Positions 1 through 13,059 of a stretch of DNA of 64,000 nt are shown piece by piece (within the stretch, counting starts at the first letter, position 1; each line of letters starts with the position of its first letter). The notes under the pieces are model-generated. The model was not told where the DNA came from. It did no database searches and saw only the letters and a list, made by a program, of their open reading frames with translations. The position numbers and the translations under genes were made by a program. Source of the stretch: Eledone cirrhosa (lineage: Eukaryota). The DNA is taken from positions 183,954,001 through 184,018,000 of the forward strand of contig OZ024740.1 in assembly GCA_964016885.1 (NCBI GenBank). The letters are read 5' to 3'.

Positions 1-690
1 ACCGAAGGACAATGTAGAGACAAAAACATATTGTAGCATAGGTGAGACAGCACGTAGTGTAGGGGAACGGATAAATGAACACTGGCGAGACCTTCAAGAT
101 AGTAAAGAATCATCTGTACTCTACCAACATGCTAAAATAGAACACAAGGGTAAATTAGAGAACATAGAAATAAAAATAGAATCTACACACAGAAAAGACG
201 CAATGTTTAGACAAATTACAGAGGCAATAAACATAAAAGATTTACAACCAAAATTAAATAGAAAACATGAGTGGAACAGCAACATCACAACTTACAATTA
301 AGGACAACATGAAAACACACACACACATAGAACAAACAACCAACCAGTAACATGTAAATAAACAAATAAATAAATGAACATAAACACACACAGACACCCG
401 GATGTGGCGCATGCGCAGACTGAGCACACAACACAAACACAGAAACAAAATGGCGTAGGACAGAACAAAGGAGAGGCACAGAAACAAAGAAAGGAATCCC
501 CAGTCACTGAAGAGGTCACAGAGTGTGTGACGAAAGAACTATGACAAAATATAAACAAATATCTGGTTGTGGAACCAACCAACCAGAAATTTATAAATTT
601 ATTATAAATTTATTATAATAAATTGAAGTGAAAGCTACTGGTGCGTGTGTTTCTTATTGGCAACATGACCCTCCCAAAGTATAACAATAT
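1..690 (+). mobile_element. Penelope-like element 3' end: GIY-YIG C-terminus plus pseudo-LTR, ending in (TA)n
   Basis: Frame 38-301 reads IGETARSVGERINEH...RQITEAINIKDLQPKLNRKHEW*, typical of a PLE GIY-YIG tail. Followed by an HHR motif and a (TA)n tract. Homologous inverted copy at ~60990-61470. Confidence 0.85.
503..545 (+). ncRNA. Minimal type I hammerhead ribozyme in PLE pLTR
   Basis: GTCA-CTGAAGA-G-GTCACA(gagtg)TGTGAC-GAAA-GAAC-TA-TGAC: stem I GTCA/TGAC, 6-bp stem II, intact core. Confidence 0.8.
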
Positions 691-718
691 ATATATATAT
701 ATATACATATATATATAC

Positions 719-787
<69 letters not shown>

Positions 788-802
788 CATATATATATAC
801 AC

Positions 803-879
<77 letters not shown>

Positions 880-915
880 TATATTTATATATATATATAT
901 ATACATATATATATT

Positions 916-997
<82 letters not shown>

Positions 998-1004
998 TAT
1001 ATAT
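687..1004. repeat. (TA)n microsatellite with TACA interruptions
   Basis: Direct inspection. Confidence 0.97.
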
Positions 1005-1204
1005 AACGAAGGATATGTGGTAAGGAACCAGGTGGACCATAACGCACCAAAGTACTCAATACTTGAGGTAGTAGAGTGGGTAATAGGAACCAGTAGGACC
1101 CCGACAGCTGAGCTCAAGCCGTTTCGACGGCTAATTCTGGACTGTATACGTCCAGAATTAGCCGTCGAAACGGCTTGAGCTCAGCTGTCGGGATCTTACT
1201 GGTT

Positions 1205-1209
<5 letters not shown>
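1005..1209. mobile_element. Small (TA)n-embedded fold-back element, probably an inverted PLE pLTR end
   Basis: ~60-bp inverted arms at 1083-1209 around a 7-nt loop. Homologous to 53020-53237 (GAACCAGGTGGA..CATAACGCACCA..GTACTC.ATACTT). Confidence 0.6.
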
Positions 1210-1239
<30 letters not shown>

Positions 1240-1688
1240 CATATATATAAAAAGACGCCCAGAGACATATTATTGCATATTTGCCTTGCCTACACATAAA
1301 TACACACCATACATACACACATACTTAGAATATGATGGCTGCCCCTCGTTATTTAGTATGGTCATTGTACGATATAACAATATTAATAATTATCAATTAA
1401 TGCTACTGTGGCAATGCCTCTGCGTGAATATATTTTTCAAAGTGAGAAAAGACTGTGTACTGAGCCAATCCCATTATCTGACCGACAGAAGCTATAATCC
1501 GGAAAGTAGAAAGGATCAACATCATTGGTAACTACTGAGCCGCACCTTTTAAATCGGAGTTAACCCAGTTTCCTGAGTTGCCTTTTCCTAGAAGAATGCC
1601 CTGAAAAAGTGGTAGGTAGGGTTCCTTCACTCCGAGTGGTTTAACCACGCGATCGGGTATCCAGCCCGATTATTTCTATGCCCCCGCG

Positions 1689-1885
<197 letters not shown>

Positions 1886-2479
1886 TTACAACTAACGTAC
1901 AACATGACTGCAAACTCTGCTAAGATTATTGCAATCGCCTGTCAGATTACAGGCAATGGTGCACATTTACGCCTGTCACACCAACCTGTCACAGATCCTG
2001 AAAAAGGAATGCCTGTGCTTTGAAGGTTTTTAAGTGGGGAAAGGCCTTGCACTCGCCTAATCCCACTCTCTGAGATTTGAAAACACTACACGAAAAGGAG
2101 AACAGGTCAACATTATCGGATGCTTCTAAAGCCGCAGGTTTCCCTCTCCTAGAAAGTTTTGTGACAACTGGGGGTCCTTTTACTCCCAGGTTAAACAAAT
2201 GTTCTATTTCGATGGCCGTTAACTCTGCTGAGTTCCTCCGCCCGTTGTTGGGTCTTTTATTTCATCCCGCAGGGTGTCCAAATATCACCCTCCACACCAA
2301 GCAAGCTTGGTTGGTTTGCTGGTTTAGTCGCCGACGACCCGACCATGAGACAGGTTGTACTGGGTTACATGATACCAGTAGCACTCGAGAGCTACCTGAC
2401 ATACATACTTTAATACATACATACATGCATAATAAATACTTACATACATACATATATATATATACATACATACAGAAAT

Positions 2480-3190
2480 ACACAGACCATAGAGAGGATA
2501 AATCATTCAAAAAGCTGGCGTGGAGTTCCGACAAGGTTATGACATCTCTCCTTGAAGGATATCGCTATGCAATACAGGAACAATAAATCCTTACACAAAC
2601 GAGGTGGGCCATCGGTCGACAATAAATATAGGCTATGTAAAACAAAGATCGCATATGCTAGCCACTATGCTGCCAACTAGGAAAGAATGTCGTCTCGCTG
2701 CTACCTCCCTATGAGATACGATGTGATAGAACACTCTGGAACGCACTTAGGAAAACAATATTTTAAAAAATTAGGAAAACAATGTTGAGATAGATTACAC
2801 TAAGGAATACTGATGGAACCTGAAAATAAAACCTGCCACCAAATTAAAGCACAGCCGACTTGATATTGTTGGGACCACACATTAAAAACGTGCTTTGTTG
2901 TAGAGATCAGCTGCTCACTTGATGTCAATGGGGTAGGAAAAATACAGGAGATGGAGGACATCACCGGACCATTGTTGATGAGTTTGCAGATCCAGTATCC
3001 AAGTTAAACCTTTTGCTTCATACCATTGTTATTGGAGCTACAGGTTATATACCAGACTGCTTGGACCAAAGTATGATTGAAGTTGGATTTGTGAACAAAG
3101 AGCGCAGCTCCCTAATTCATAGAATACAAATGGCTGCAATATCTGGCACCTTAAAAATTTGCAAAACATTCTTGCGATTCAAGGGTTGAC
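2480..3190 (+). pseudogene. Decayed 3' end of an RLE-type non-LTR retrotransposon, next to (TACA)n repeats
   Basis: Broken frames read EGYRYAIQEQ, KHSRLDIV..CFVVEISCSLD, GATGYIP and AISGTLKICKTFL, resembling the restriction-like endonuclease C-terminus. Confidence 0.65.
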
Positions 3191-3263
3191 AATTTCTTTT
3201 CTTTTACAACCTTGCCACCAGGAAGATGTCCGGTCAAAAATGTACTCGAAATTAAGAAAAAGA

Positions 3264-3341
3264 AACATACACACATACATGCATACATACACACATACAT
3301 ACATACATACATACATACATACATACATACATACATACATG
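3264..3341. repeat. (CATA)n microsatellite
   Basis: Direct inspection. Confidence 0.95.
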
Positions 3342-5109
3342 CAGGGAAATGTTTTATACTGTATCTTTCCTCTGAAGTCTGTTTGCCAGCAGATTTGGAT
3401 GCTTTAGCAGTTTGAAGATTTAAATATAATTTATCAGTGGGTTCGGCGAAATATGCATTTGGAAGAGATAAATGAATTATTTTCAGTATTTTCATTCATA
3501 TATGTATCGTTTAATGATTTTTTTTTTGCGCAGGCACTAGGCCAACTTTTTGGAGAACAAAGGAGAAAGAAGCGGTGTGTAAACAACTGAATTGACCTAC
3601 AATACCTGACTGATGTTTTATTATATATTAATCGTGTACGTGTACGTGTCGGACTGCGCGTAAATTTACTATATCGTTAATTTACATCAGGGATTTTAGC
3701 TATGGCATATTTCCTACTTAGTTCAGTTCCAACGGAGGTGGATTTTGCTTTCCATCTTTGCAGAAATTCATGAAATAAAGTAAAAGTGTACCTATATTAG
3801 TTATTACTACGCATAGAAGAGTTTCAATTATGGAATTTTACAATGTAAATCCAAATTCTACCAAAATCAACTTTACCTTTCTACCTTTCTGGAGTGGGTG
3901 ACATTAGAAGTTAGTGTAATCGACAGTCCCTCCATCTTGAACGTGTAGCTAACCAGCTTTTCGCCAATATGCGAAGTCCTTTATTTATGGCAGAATTTGA
4001 ACATAGAACCGTCTTATATAAAGTCTCGGTACATATTAAACCTTTCATCCATTTTAGTTTGCTTATATTATTAGATATTAAAGAATTTGAACATCTATAA
4101 GCATTACATGATATAAGTTATATAACTAATTTTGAGATAAGTAAATAAAATATTATCTTTTCATTATGGACAACAAAATTATTTTTCCATTAATATTGCG
4201 ATGCTTTGATATCTGCATAAATTCTTAGATGATGACGATAAGCATGTGTTGTCGTCTAATTCACTGCGCTGCATTCTGGTGTCTAGCGAGAAATGCCGTG
4301 TGGTGTTTGGCATCTGAAATATAGTTAGGCTCTTATTAAAGTCTCGGCAATGAGATTAAAGGAACACCAGCCCTCATAATAGATGCTTAGTAATAATAGC
4401 CTGAAATCAATTATAGACATCGTTGATGTAATCACATTTCATGAACCATAAAATATCGGTAAGTTTGAAACACACTTGGGTTATCAGAGCTACAAGAGAG
4501 CATTGCTTATTAGAAATTATCTCGACAGCAAGATTGTGGATACCGAATCTACTATACACACATTAGCATCCAGATATCCTTGAAATATGGGTTTATCTCG
4601 AATAGCTATTACCCCGTCAAGATCAGCAGGGAAGTCTACCCTGTAGAACCAGCAATTGCCTTTCCTTTACAAAAAGGAGCAGACAGTATTCAACTGCCTG
4701 GTGGCTCGTGTGAAGGGGTTTGTATCACAAACACGGTTAAAATATGTGTGGACAGAGTTTTCCTCTCAGATGATGAATTTCATTACCTTCGTCATGAACG
4801 ATTTAGAGAGAGTCAGAGTAGAGACATAGCTGCAGCGTGGTCATAGATCTTATGTAAGGTGGATGTAAGTAACCTGGCTAATGTGCCTTCTCATTTATAC
4901 AGCTGTAGGTTGGTGGTGTCCAGAAATAACATGAGAATCTGGAATTTCTAGGGGTGACTGAAAGAAGTCTAAATATTGGCTTACCATTTCGAAGATCCTT
5001 TCTTAGGTGTTAATATATCTTTATAGTAGGTGTTGCACTCGCTCTTTCGTCCCATGTTAATCTCTTATAGTTATCGTATTTGAATTTGTCGTTGTAGTGG
5101 GGCTTTGGT

Positions 5110-5262
5110 TATGTATCTGCTATGTTATTTTATTATCCTTGAAACCCCTACTATTATAGGTATTGTTTCTGTTTTCACCATCCACACAGGTTATTATAAT
5201 TGGATAATTTCTCCAATTCCCTGGTAGACATAATGTCATTTGGTGGGATTGAGACATCAATT
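5110..5262 (-). pseudogene. Dong/R4 RLE fragment
   Basis: Minus strand reads IDVSIPPNDIMSTRELEKLSNY...KTETIPIIVG, similar to IDMSVP..KLSKYKDL..KTIPVVVG in the Dong copies at 27-44 kb. Confidence 0.6.
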
Positions 5263-5281
5263 ATTATTATTATTATTATTT

Positions 5282-7335
5282 ATGTCGTTGGTGCTCTGGT
5301 AGGAGAGGCGCGGACATGCGCCATTCCAAACAGATCCATCCACTACAACCTCCACCTCATGCGATACATCGTGAAGAGGGTAGCTAGGGAAACTGGCATG
5401 GGTGGGTCGTTGATTAATTTAGATCATTCGAAATCTTTCGATAGGGTCGACCATCATTATCTGGCGGCAGTCTTAAGGGCGGCTGGCTTTGGGCACGTCT
5501 TCAGAGGCTGCATCGCTGCCATGCACAGCGTCATCTGCTCTGTGGTGAGAGTGAACGGCCACCTTTCGGAACCATTCAACATCATGCGGTCGGTCCGCCA
5601 AGGATGTCCCCTCTCGTCCCTCTTGTACGTATTGACTCTCCAGCCATTACTGCTCAAACTGGAGACGTTGAGGGGGGTCTCGCGCGAATTAGGATGGGGA
5701 ACATCAGTCTCAGCATATGCGGATGGTGAAACCGTATTGGTGTCGAACACCAAACACATCGAGGCGATCGACACCACACTAAAAGAATACGAAGCGGTGA
5801 CAGGAGCAATGATCAACCAGGAAAAGTCGGTGGGCCTGCAGCTCGGCACATGGAGAGGCAAGTCCAAGCCGTCCAACAGCGTTGTCGGGCGCTGGACGGA
5901 CGGACCGGTTAAATTGCTATGGTTTCTGGTTCGGTCCGGACCTCCAGACGGACAAAATCTGGGACGAGGTGACAAGCAGGGTGGCTTCTCTCACCCAGAA
6001 ATGGGAGGAGAGGAAGCTATCCCAGAAAGGTCGAGCTGAGGTGGCTAACGCGTACATCGCGTCCGTCATCTACTACTCCCTGACCGTCGTGCCTTGTCCT
6101 AGGCCTAGCCTGACTGCGCTGGAGCGTTTGCTCTTTCGCCTTTTGGGGAAGGGACGCGCTCCGATAGTCAGGCGGTCCATCTGAAGTCAACACCCGCTAC
6201 GTGGAGGGCTGGGTAGCCCATGGCTGATGATGCGCGGACACGCGCTCAGGCTACGATTTCATTTCCACCTCAACCTCGACGGTGATCAGGTGTGGTCGCC
6301 GTTTGCTAGACGCGTCTTTCCCCAGTTCGTCTCCTTGACGGAGCTGCAGTCCTGGGTCAAGCGAAGATCGAGAGGGAGCGCTTGGAGACTGGAATGTCTT
6401 CAGGCGCTCACAACCCTCGACCAATCGGGCAATGTGATCGGAGGAAATTCCACCTTGGCGTTCTATAGAGGATTAGTGGAGGGGAAGAGCGAACACGTAC
6501 TTGGGGAACCTCTAGGCGTCGGCGAAATTCAGTGTAGCCAATCTCTTTGGGAGAATATTCGGGACTGGGCCTATGGACAACTTTCAGAAATCCCTGGTCT
6601 GGCAGTGCTACTGAGGAGCTTTGCCAGTTAGGGATAAACTTTAGAGGCATGGAGGTGCCGTCAGCTGGGCATGTCCGAGATGCGCGCAGGGCGACGAAAC
6701 CGTCCTGCAGGCACTCATCCAGTGTCCGAGCATTGTTGACTTGTGGGTTTATGTCGAACACCTGCTGTCGCGTATAGGACGGATCCAGCTATCAGCTGAG
6801 TCCATCGAGAGGATTGCCCCGCCCTCTTCCTTTAGGAAGGCAATTTTTATCTGTCTGGTGGCCATGGCGAAAGAGATAGTATGGTGGACACGTTTGAAAG
6901 GGCTGAAGACGAGCACTTACCACTTCGGTGATGCCCTGATTAACTTTTTCCAATTTCATTTAAAAAGGAAAATCAGGTTAGAGAGGGAAGTGCTCTCTTC
7001 CCAGCTTTTTGTTGAAAGATGGGTGAGAGATGCAAGAATGGCCCGAGTGAATGGGCCTACTCCCAGTATGTGCCTGTAAATTAAAGGAGGAAGACTGGGA
7101 GAGGGCACTCGCCCTGGTGGTCAGGGTCACCTTTGCTTTTTTTAATGGGCTTTCTCCACGAATGGCCCCCGAAAGTCTCCCCTATATTGGGGAATTTTTC
7201 ATTGTTTCTATTTTTGTCACATCCTCTGTTTTTTTTTCACACGCAGTAATCACCATTTGTACCGTGCTGTATTGTCCTGTACTGTCATTAATGTCTACTT
7301 TGTGTAAACCCTTGTAGTTAATAAAGAAAGCATTA
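5282..7335 (+). mobile_element. 5'-truncated L1/Tx1-type LINE (copy A): RT, C-terminal region and 3' UTR
   Basis: RT motifs DHSKSFDRVDH, VRQGCPLS, AYAD. Frameshifted. 3' end CCCTTGTAGTTAATAAAGAAAGCATT; 5' side abuts (ATT)n. Confidence 0.92.
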
Positions 7336-7336
7336 A

Positions 7337-7432
7337 CGTTACCTTTGTCTTTCATCCTTACGGGGTCGATAATATAAAGTACCAGTAATACACTGGATAT
7401 TTGGTGTCCTTGTGCCAAAAGTAGAAACAATT
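7337..7432 (+). mobile_element. SINE 3' part (TCATCCTTACGGGGTCGAT family)
   Basis: Matches copies at 13918-14100, 28143-28237 and 52794-52976; ends in an ATT tail. Confidence 0.8.
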
Positions 7433-7477
7433 ATTCATTATTATTATTAATATTATTATTATCATTTAATATTATTC

Positions 7478-8550
7478 ATGCCATGGCTGATGATGCGAAA
7501 ACGTGCGCTGAGGCTGCAGCATCTCCGGTGCTTCCTTGGCGGTGAACAGGTGTGGTCGCCATTCGCCAGGCACGTTTTCCCACAGCTCATCTTGACAGAG
7601 CTGCAGTCCTGGATCAGGAAAAGACCGAGGGACAGCGCTTGGAAAATTGAATGTCTCCAGGCGCTCACTGCCCTCTGACAGCTGGGCACCAATATCGGTG
7701 GAACATCCACCTAGGCGTTCTATAGATGACTATTGGAGTGGAAGGGCGACGACGTTCTCGGAGAGATCCTGGGCGTCGAAGAAGATCAGCTGTTTGCTCT
7801 CTTCCGGAGAACTTTCAGCCGAGGGCCTATGGATAACTTCCCAAAATCCCTGGCTTGGCAGTGCTACCGGGAAGCGTTGCCGGTTCGAAATAAGCTCTAC
7901 AGGCACGCAAGTGCCGTCATCCGAGCCTGACCGAGATGCGCGCAGAGCGACGAAATCGTCGTGCGCATACTCGTTCAGTGCCCGAGCATTGCTGACTTGT
8001 GGAGCTATGTTGAACAGATTCTGTCGCGTGTAGGACGGATCCGGTTATCGACTGTGTCCATTGTGCAGGGTGAAAGGGTTAAAGACAGACACTTTCCTCT
8101 TCGGCCAATCCCTAATTAACTTTTTCAAGTTTCACTTGAAGAGGAAAATCAGGGTGGAGAGGCAAGTGCTGCCTTCTAGCAAGTTTGTTGAAAGGTGGGT
8201 GAATGTAGCGAGAATGGTCCGAGTGAACGGGACCGCTCTGTTGTTTGAGAAATGGAAAAATTGAGAGAGGGCGCTTTCCCTGTTGGTCAGGGTGGCCGTG
8301 GTCTTTTGTGTGGTTTTCGCCACGAGTAAACCTCGGAGATTTCCCTCCTATTGGGGAATTTTTCATTGTTTTAATTTTCATTTTTATTGTTTATATATAT
8401 ATATATGTTTCTATGTCTTTCTCTTCTTTTCTTATATAAATAATAAAAATCTTTACACTCACAAAACCCACATCGTACTGTCCAGTTCCGTCCTGTGCTG
8501 TCTGTAATGTTTTTCTTGATGTCAGCCCTTGTGGCCAATAAAGAAATCCA
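7478..8550 (+). mobile_element. 5'-truncated Tx1-type LINE (copy B)
   Basis: MPWLMMRKRALRL..., LAWQCYREALPVR, FFKFHLKRKIRVER. 3' end CCTTGTGGCCAATAAAGAAA then (ATT)n. Confidence 0.88.
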
Positions 8551-8598
<48 letters not shown>

Positions 8599-8617
8599 GG
8601 TTATTATTATTATTATT
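8551..8617. repeat. (ATT)n microsatellite/tail
   Basis: Direct inspection. Confidence 0.95.
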
Positions 8618-8959
8618 GTTGTTGTTTTCATTGTTTTTTCCTTTTTCTTCAGTATTGTTTCTGATATATGCCCAGTGTCTTCCATACATCTAGGGCAAAT
8701 AAATTCACTGTATACATTGGTAAACCAGTTAACACACCACATTGAATATAATTTACAGCTTATCATTCTTACAAAAATAGTGTTCCACTCTCTCTCTCAC
8801 ATCCACACGCGCACACACACACAAACATCCACACACTCACACACACATCCACACAAAAGGGGATATCATTCTCACAGAGATAATGCTCTTCTCAATGCAT
8901 GTGCAGTACCAGTCAAAACAGAGACCTAAGACACATATATAAGATGGAAAGAACTTTGA

Positions 8960-9720
8960 TGAGAAGGAGGGCAGTTGATGTCAGCAGAATTATTTAAACC
9001 TCGTAGTTTGTTGGTTTCCCTGGTATCTGGTCAAACAATTTGTCTGTACCTTTCATGATCATTCCAAGGGCACCCACAGCAGGGATTATTTTCATTCATA
9101 ATTGCCAAATCCTAGAAAGCCCAAGTTACTTGTACTTACATACAAATGCGTTTGCTGAGAGGTTTCTATCAGTTGGCAACGTCATATCAATTAACAGGCA
9201 TGTGTTTTGTCTTGTATCTTTGTTGACGGTGTCTGGTATGTTTTCATTTATTTGCTAGTCTGTATGTATCCCATAATCCTATGGAATGGTAACATTATTT
9301 CCTACTGTGAATGGCTGTGGATAGTGCTCATGCCAGATTTTTGGGTGCGGTATGTAAAGATGGGATATGCTCCAGTGTAAGTATTAGCCAAATAGATCTT
9401 GCTTGGCTTTATATTCTGTGGGCGCAACCAGAAACAATGTGGTCAATGCTCTTAAGCTTTTCCTACCTATGTCTGCACTTTCTGTCTGCCTGATTGTGCA
9501 AGACATTTGCTTGTTAGTTATTGAGGAAAATACTCTGATCTTGTCATAGTTTCAGCTGCCATTATTATTATTAGGATGCTTTTGTTCATGTTGTTTTCCC
9601 GCAAGTGTTCCTGTGAATGAACTAATCATACAGAATGCTTTTACTAACATAAGCAGTTATAACTTTGCTTGGTCATTATCCTGATGTTATGTTTTATGCA
9701 GAGAATACCTGAGAATAAGA
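8960..9720 (-). pseudogene. Old Dong/R4 3' remnant (zinc knuckle and RLE)
   Basis: Minus-strand fragments IDHIVSGC, CLLIDMTLPTDRN and VGALGMIMKG. Confidence 0.65.
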
Positions 9721-11239
9721 GATACCTTCAGGGTGAGCTGATTCTATTGATAGTTTTAATAGCACGTTAAAAATCAATTCATTTTAGTTTTACTGCTAAT
9801 ACTATTGGTAAAGGCTTTTCCCAGCAAGAACTTTCTTTCCCCTCCGCTATAAATATGCAACTAAATGTTAGCATACAGAAACCCTTATTTTATGTACGTT
9901 TTAAAGAGGGTATTTCCATGACTGTGGCTACATCGATATAAACTTTCAATTTTAAGATGCTAACTGAGACAATCTTCTAGATTACCCCCTCCCCTACCAA
10001 AATGATGAATATATAAAACAAGCAATATAATATAAAGTTTAGTTAGTTAATAAATTATATTCCAATGTATCTGTAGATCATATACAGCAATAAAGAAATA
10101 TTAAAATGCATATAAACCACTTATATTATATGACCTATATCAAACTGAAATACACATTAAATAAATATATTAAATAGATAAATACATAAATTTCACGGTT
10201 TGGCAGCATGCTTAAAATGTCAAAAAAATATCATGCAATATTTGTTCCTGTTCGCTGCACTCTCCCTTTCATTCGTTCAGATTTGAGAAATACATTGCGT
10301 TTAGAGCTGTAAGCTTTCTTTTGGATTAAATTGAGTCGACCCAGAATACTGATATGTGCAAACGTCATCAAAGAGAGCCATAAATAGTTTATGCTACTTA
10401 ATACGTGCTTGTGGTAGACACTATCACTTCTAAATCCATTTTGATAGCAGTGCTGGAGATTACTCAATTTGTGCCAGCTTGAGTATGATAACAGCAAACA
10501 TTTCTCGTTTCTAGTTATAGCAGGATTTCGGTTCCCAAGTCACTATTAACATTTGGTGTTCTCCTGTTGTTTGATTAATCCACTATATTTTACCCTTTTC
10601 GATAAAATGTCTTCTTTCAATTACCCACTTAACTTTGTTTATACAGACAACGTCTCTGTACTGGTTATAACAGGTTCACTATTATCTGCAGATAATATTT
10701 TGTTTCAAATAGCATAGAATTGTCAGCATATGCACGCAACTAGTTTTCAAATATGTTAACTAGTTATTTATAAAAATGAAAAATACATGTAGACAAAGTA
10801 TTAATTTGTCTCATTAATCGATGGCAGATGAGAACATTTTCTAGAAAGAAGGTCTGATGGATAATTAATTAAGGCAACGTTACAGCTATCTTGATTTGTG
10901 AATATCTCATTTGATACAAGAATAGCGCAAATCTCATGGTGTGAGACCTTGCAAACGCTCAAGTGATTTCTAGGACTCCTACATATATGTATTCAATCTA
11001 TGTTCATTCGATGATACTATTTCTGGGAAAATATGTACATGCAACATAATAATATTTCACTAGATTGTACATAATCCACAAGTATAACAAGTGTGAATAG
11101 GTGATACAATCAGAGCTGATAATTTGCTTACATCATTAATTTAATTTAACCGTGACTCGAAGATTTTACGGGATTAAGTAGCTGCATTAACTCTCTGGTA
11201 AGGTTTATTAAAACGATGATGCACTGCAAGCTCGTAATA

Positions 11240-11432
11240 CAGGCCTGCCGACCTCTAAAATTCGAAACGGGGAGTACAATGAAACAAATACCCCAAAATA
11301 AAGAGAAATGAGGCAAAATGGGGATATTTTACACAAGGAAAGCTATACCCACTTTCACAAGATAATACATCTCTCACACACTTCAAATTGGGTGGGAGAT
11401 CTCCACGTCGAGCGGAGGAGTTGACAGGTCTG
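11240..11432. mobile_element. ~193-bp MITE, copy 1
   Basis: Termini CAGGCCTGCCGAC / GTTGACAGGTCTG are inverted. Homologous to 18173-18366. Confidence 0.75.
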
Positions 11433-13059
11433 ATAGTATCAAGGTTAGTGGCATATACTTTGCATTAATCATTTTCTAAAAAAAGAATGGTTATTTTGCC
11501 CTTCAATCTAAAGTTTTATTTTTTTAGAAGAAATACTTGGTGAATACATGTTTGTGAGAAAAAGATAAGAGAGAAATAGAGAGATTGTTCGTGAGTTTGA
11601 GGTACAGAATGGGTAATAGAATTATTTTATTACAGGAGGGAGTGGAAGCAATATGTAAGAATATACATGGGGTAGAGAGGGGTAAAGAGGGAGAGGATGA
11701 GTTCAGAATGTTCTATCAGTTTTGCTGCTTGTCAATTCTTATCTTAATGTAATTACACTTTCTTCATACTAGAATATCTGCTTGATTGTATCTATGTCCG
11801 GTCTGCATAAACCTCCGTTTGTTTCTCGGATTAATAATAATCTTCAATTGCAAAAATACATTCTGTTATACCATTTTCTTCCCTTTAGTGGTTTCGTTTT
11901 TTGAAACTTTCTCGTCCAAGGCCATGCCTATAGTTATATAATTTAATTGTAGTTCTTCACATGACCCTTTCATTAAATATACTCGAGGATATAATTAAAC
12001 AATTAGGTGTTGGATGTTGAGAGACGTTTCTTTATGTACCACCTTTATTACACCGAAACATCGATTAAAGAAGTTGAATGGTTAGAATACACTTGGCTTC
12101 TCACTTGACCATCTCCATACAGACAACGCCATTCTCATATAAGTATTAATCCACCTAGTGGCTCCAGCGCAGAAAAAGTGGGGAGTGCACTGGAACAGCT
12201 ATTCCAGCTCGCGTGGCTCACTGCTGCTGGTAGCCAGCTCTGCCAGAATCGAAGTGAGTAAGGATGTGTTGCGGGGGACAAGAACGCCGGAAGTATCCAC
12301 TGCCACAGGCTCGACTACAAAGAATATTTTTCCCTCTTCGGTCTGACGAACAGCAACAACTGGGCTAGTGGCGAATCAGTACGTTACGTAATTACTTTCC
12401 TCGCATATGTAATCCAGTCTACACAGAGATGTGCCATTATATGTTTTCCTTCTGAATATCGATAAACACATAATCAGCTTTACTAAAAGATTGTTTTAAT
12501 TTCATCACTGAAAAGGAATAAGACTCAACGGATTTAAAACCATGATTCATCGATATTTAGAGTTATAACTATTATATTATTGTAGAGTATTTGCTAAGGA
12601 TCAGGTCCAAATCCCTCTGTATTCCATACTTAATAAAACTTATTTCATTTACTACATAAAGTATGCTAGCACCCAACTTCTTTATTATGTTTTCATATAG
12701 CTGGCTAATATGGATAATTTTCAAAGGTACTTGTATTCACATGTTTTCACATATATATATATGTATATTATATTCACATATATTCACATATATATATATG
12801 TATATTATATTCACATGTATTCACATATATATATGTATATTATATTTTTAGCATTATATATATATTATATATATATATACATATATAGGTAAGAAGTAAA
12901 AGGAAAAAGACACATAGGTATATTTGAAGATTATTTTTCTTTAATCTAACAGAATGAATACTTTTATCATTGTTGCATTTAATGTTACAATTTATAAATC
13001 TATTCTGTCGGATTCAAAAAAAAAAAGATCTTTAAATATGCCTCTCTCCTTTTTCACTC

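Noticed and set aside
4300-5100. Moderately complex segment with an 88-aa ORF
   Set aside because: No recognisable motif on either strand; probably an old TE relic.
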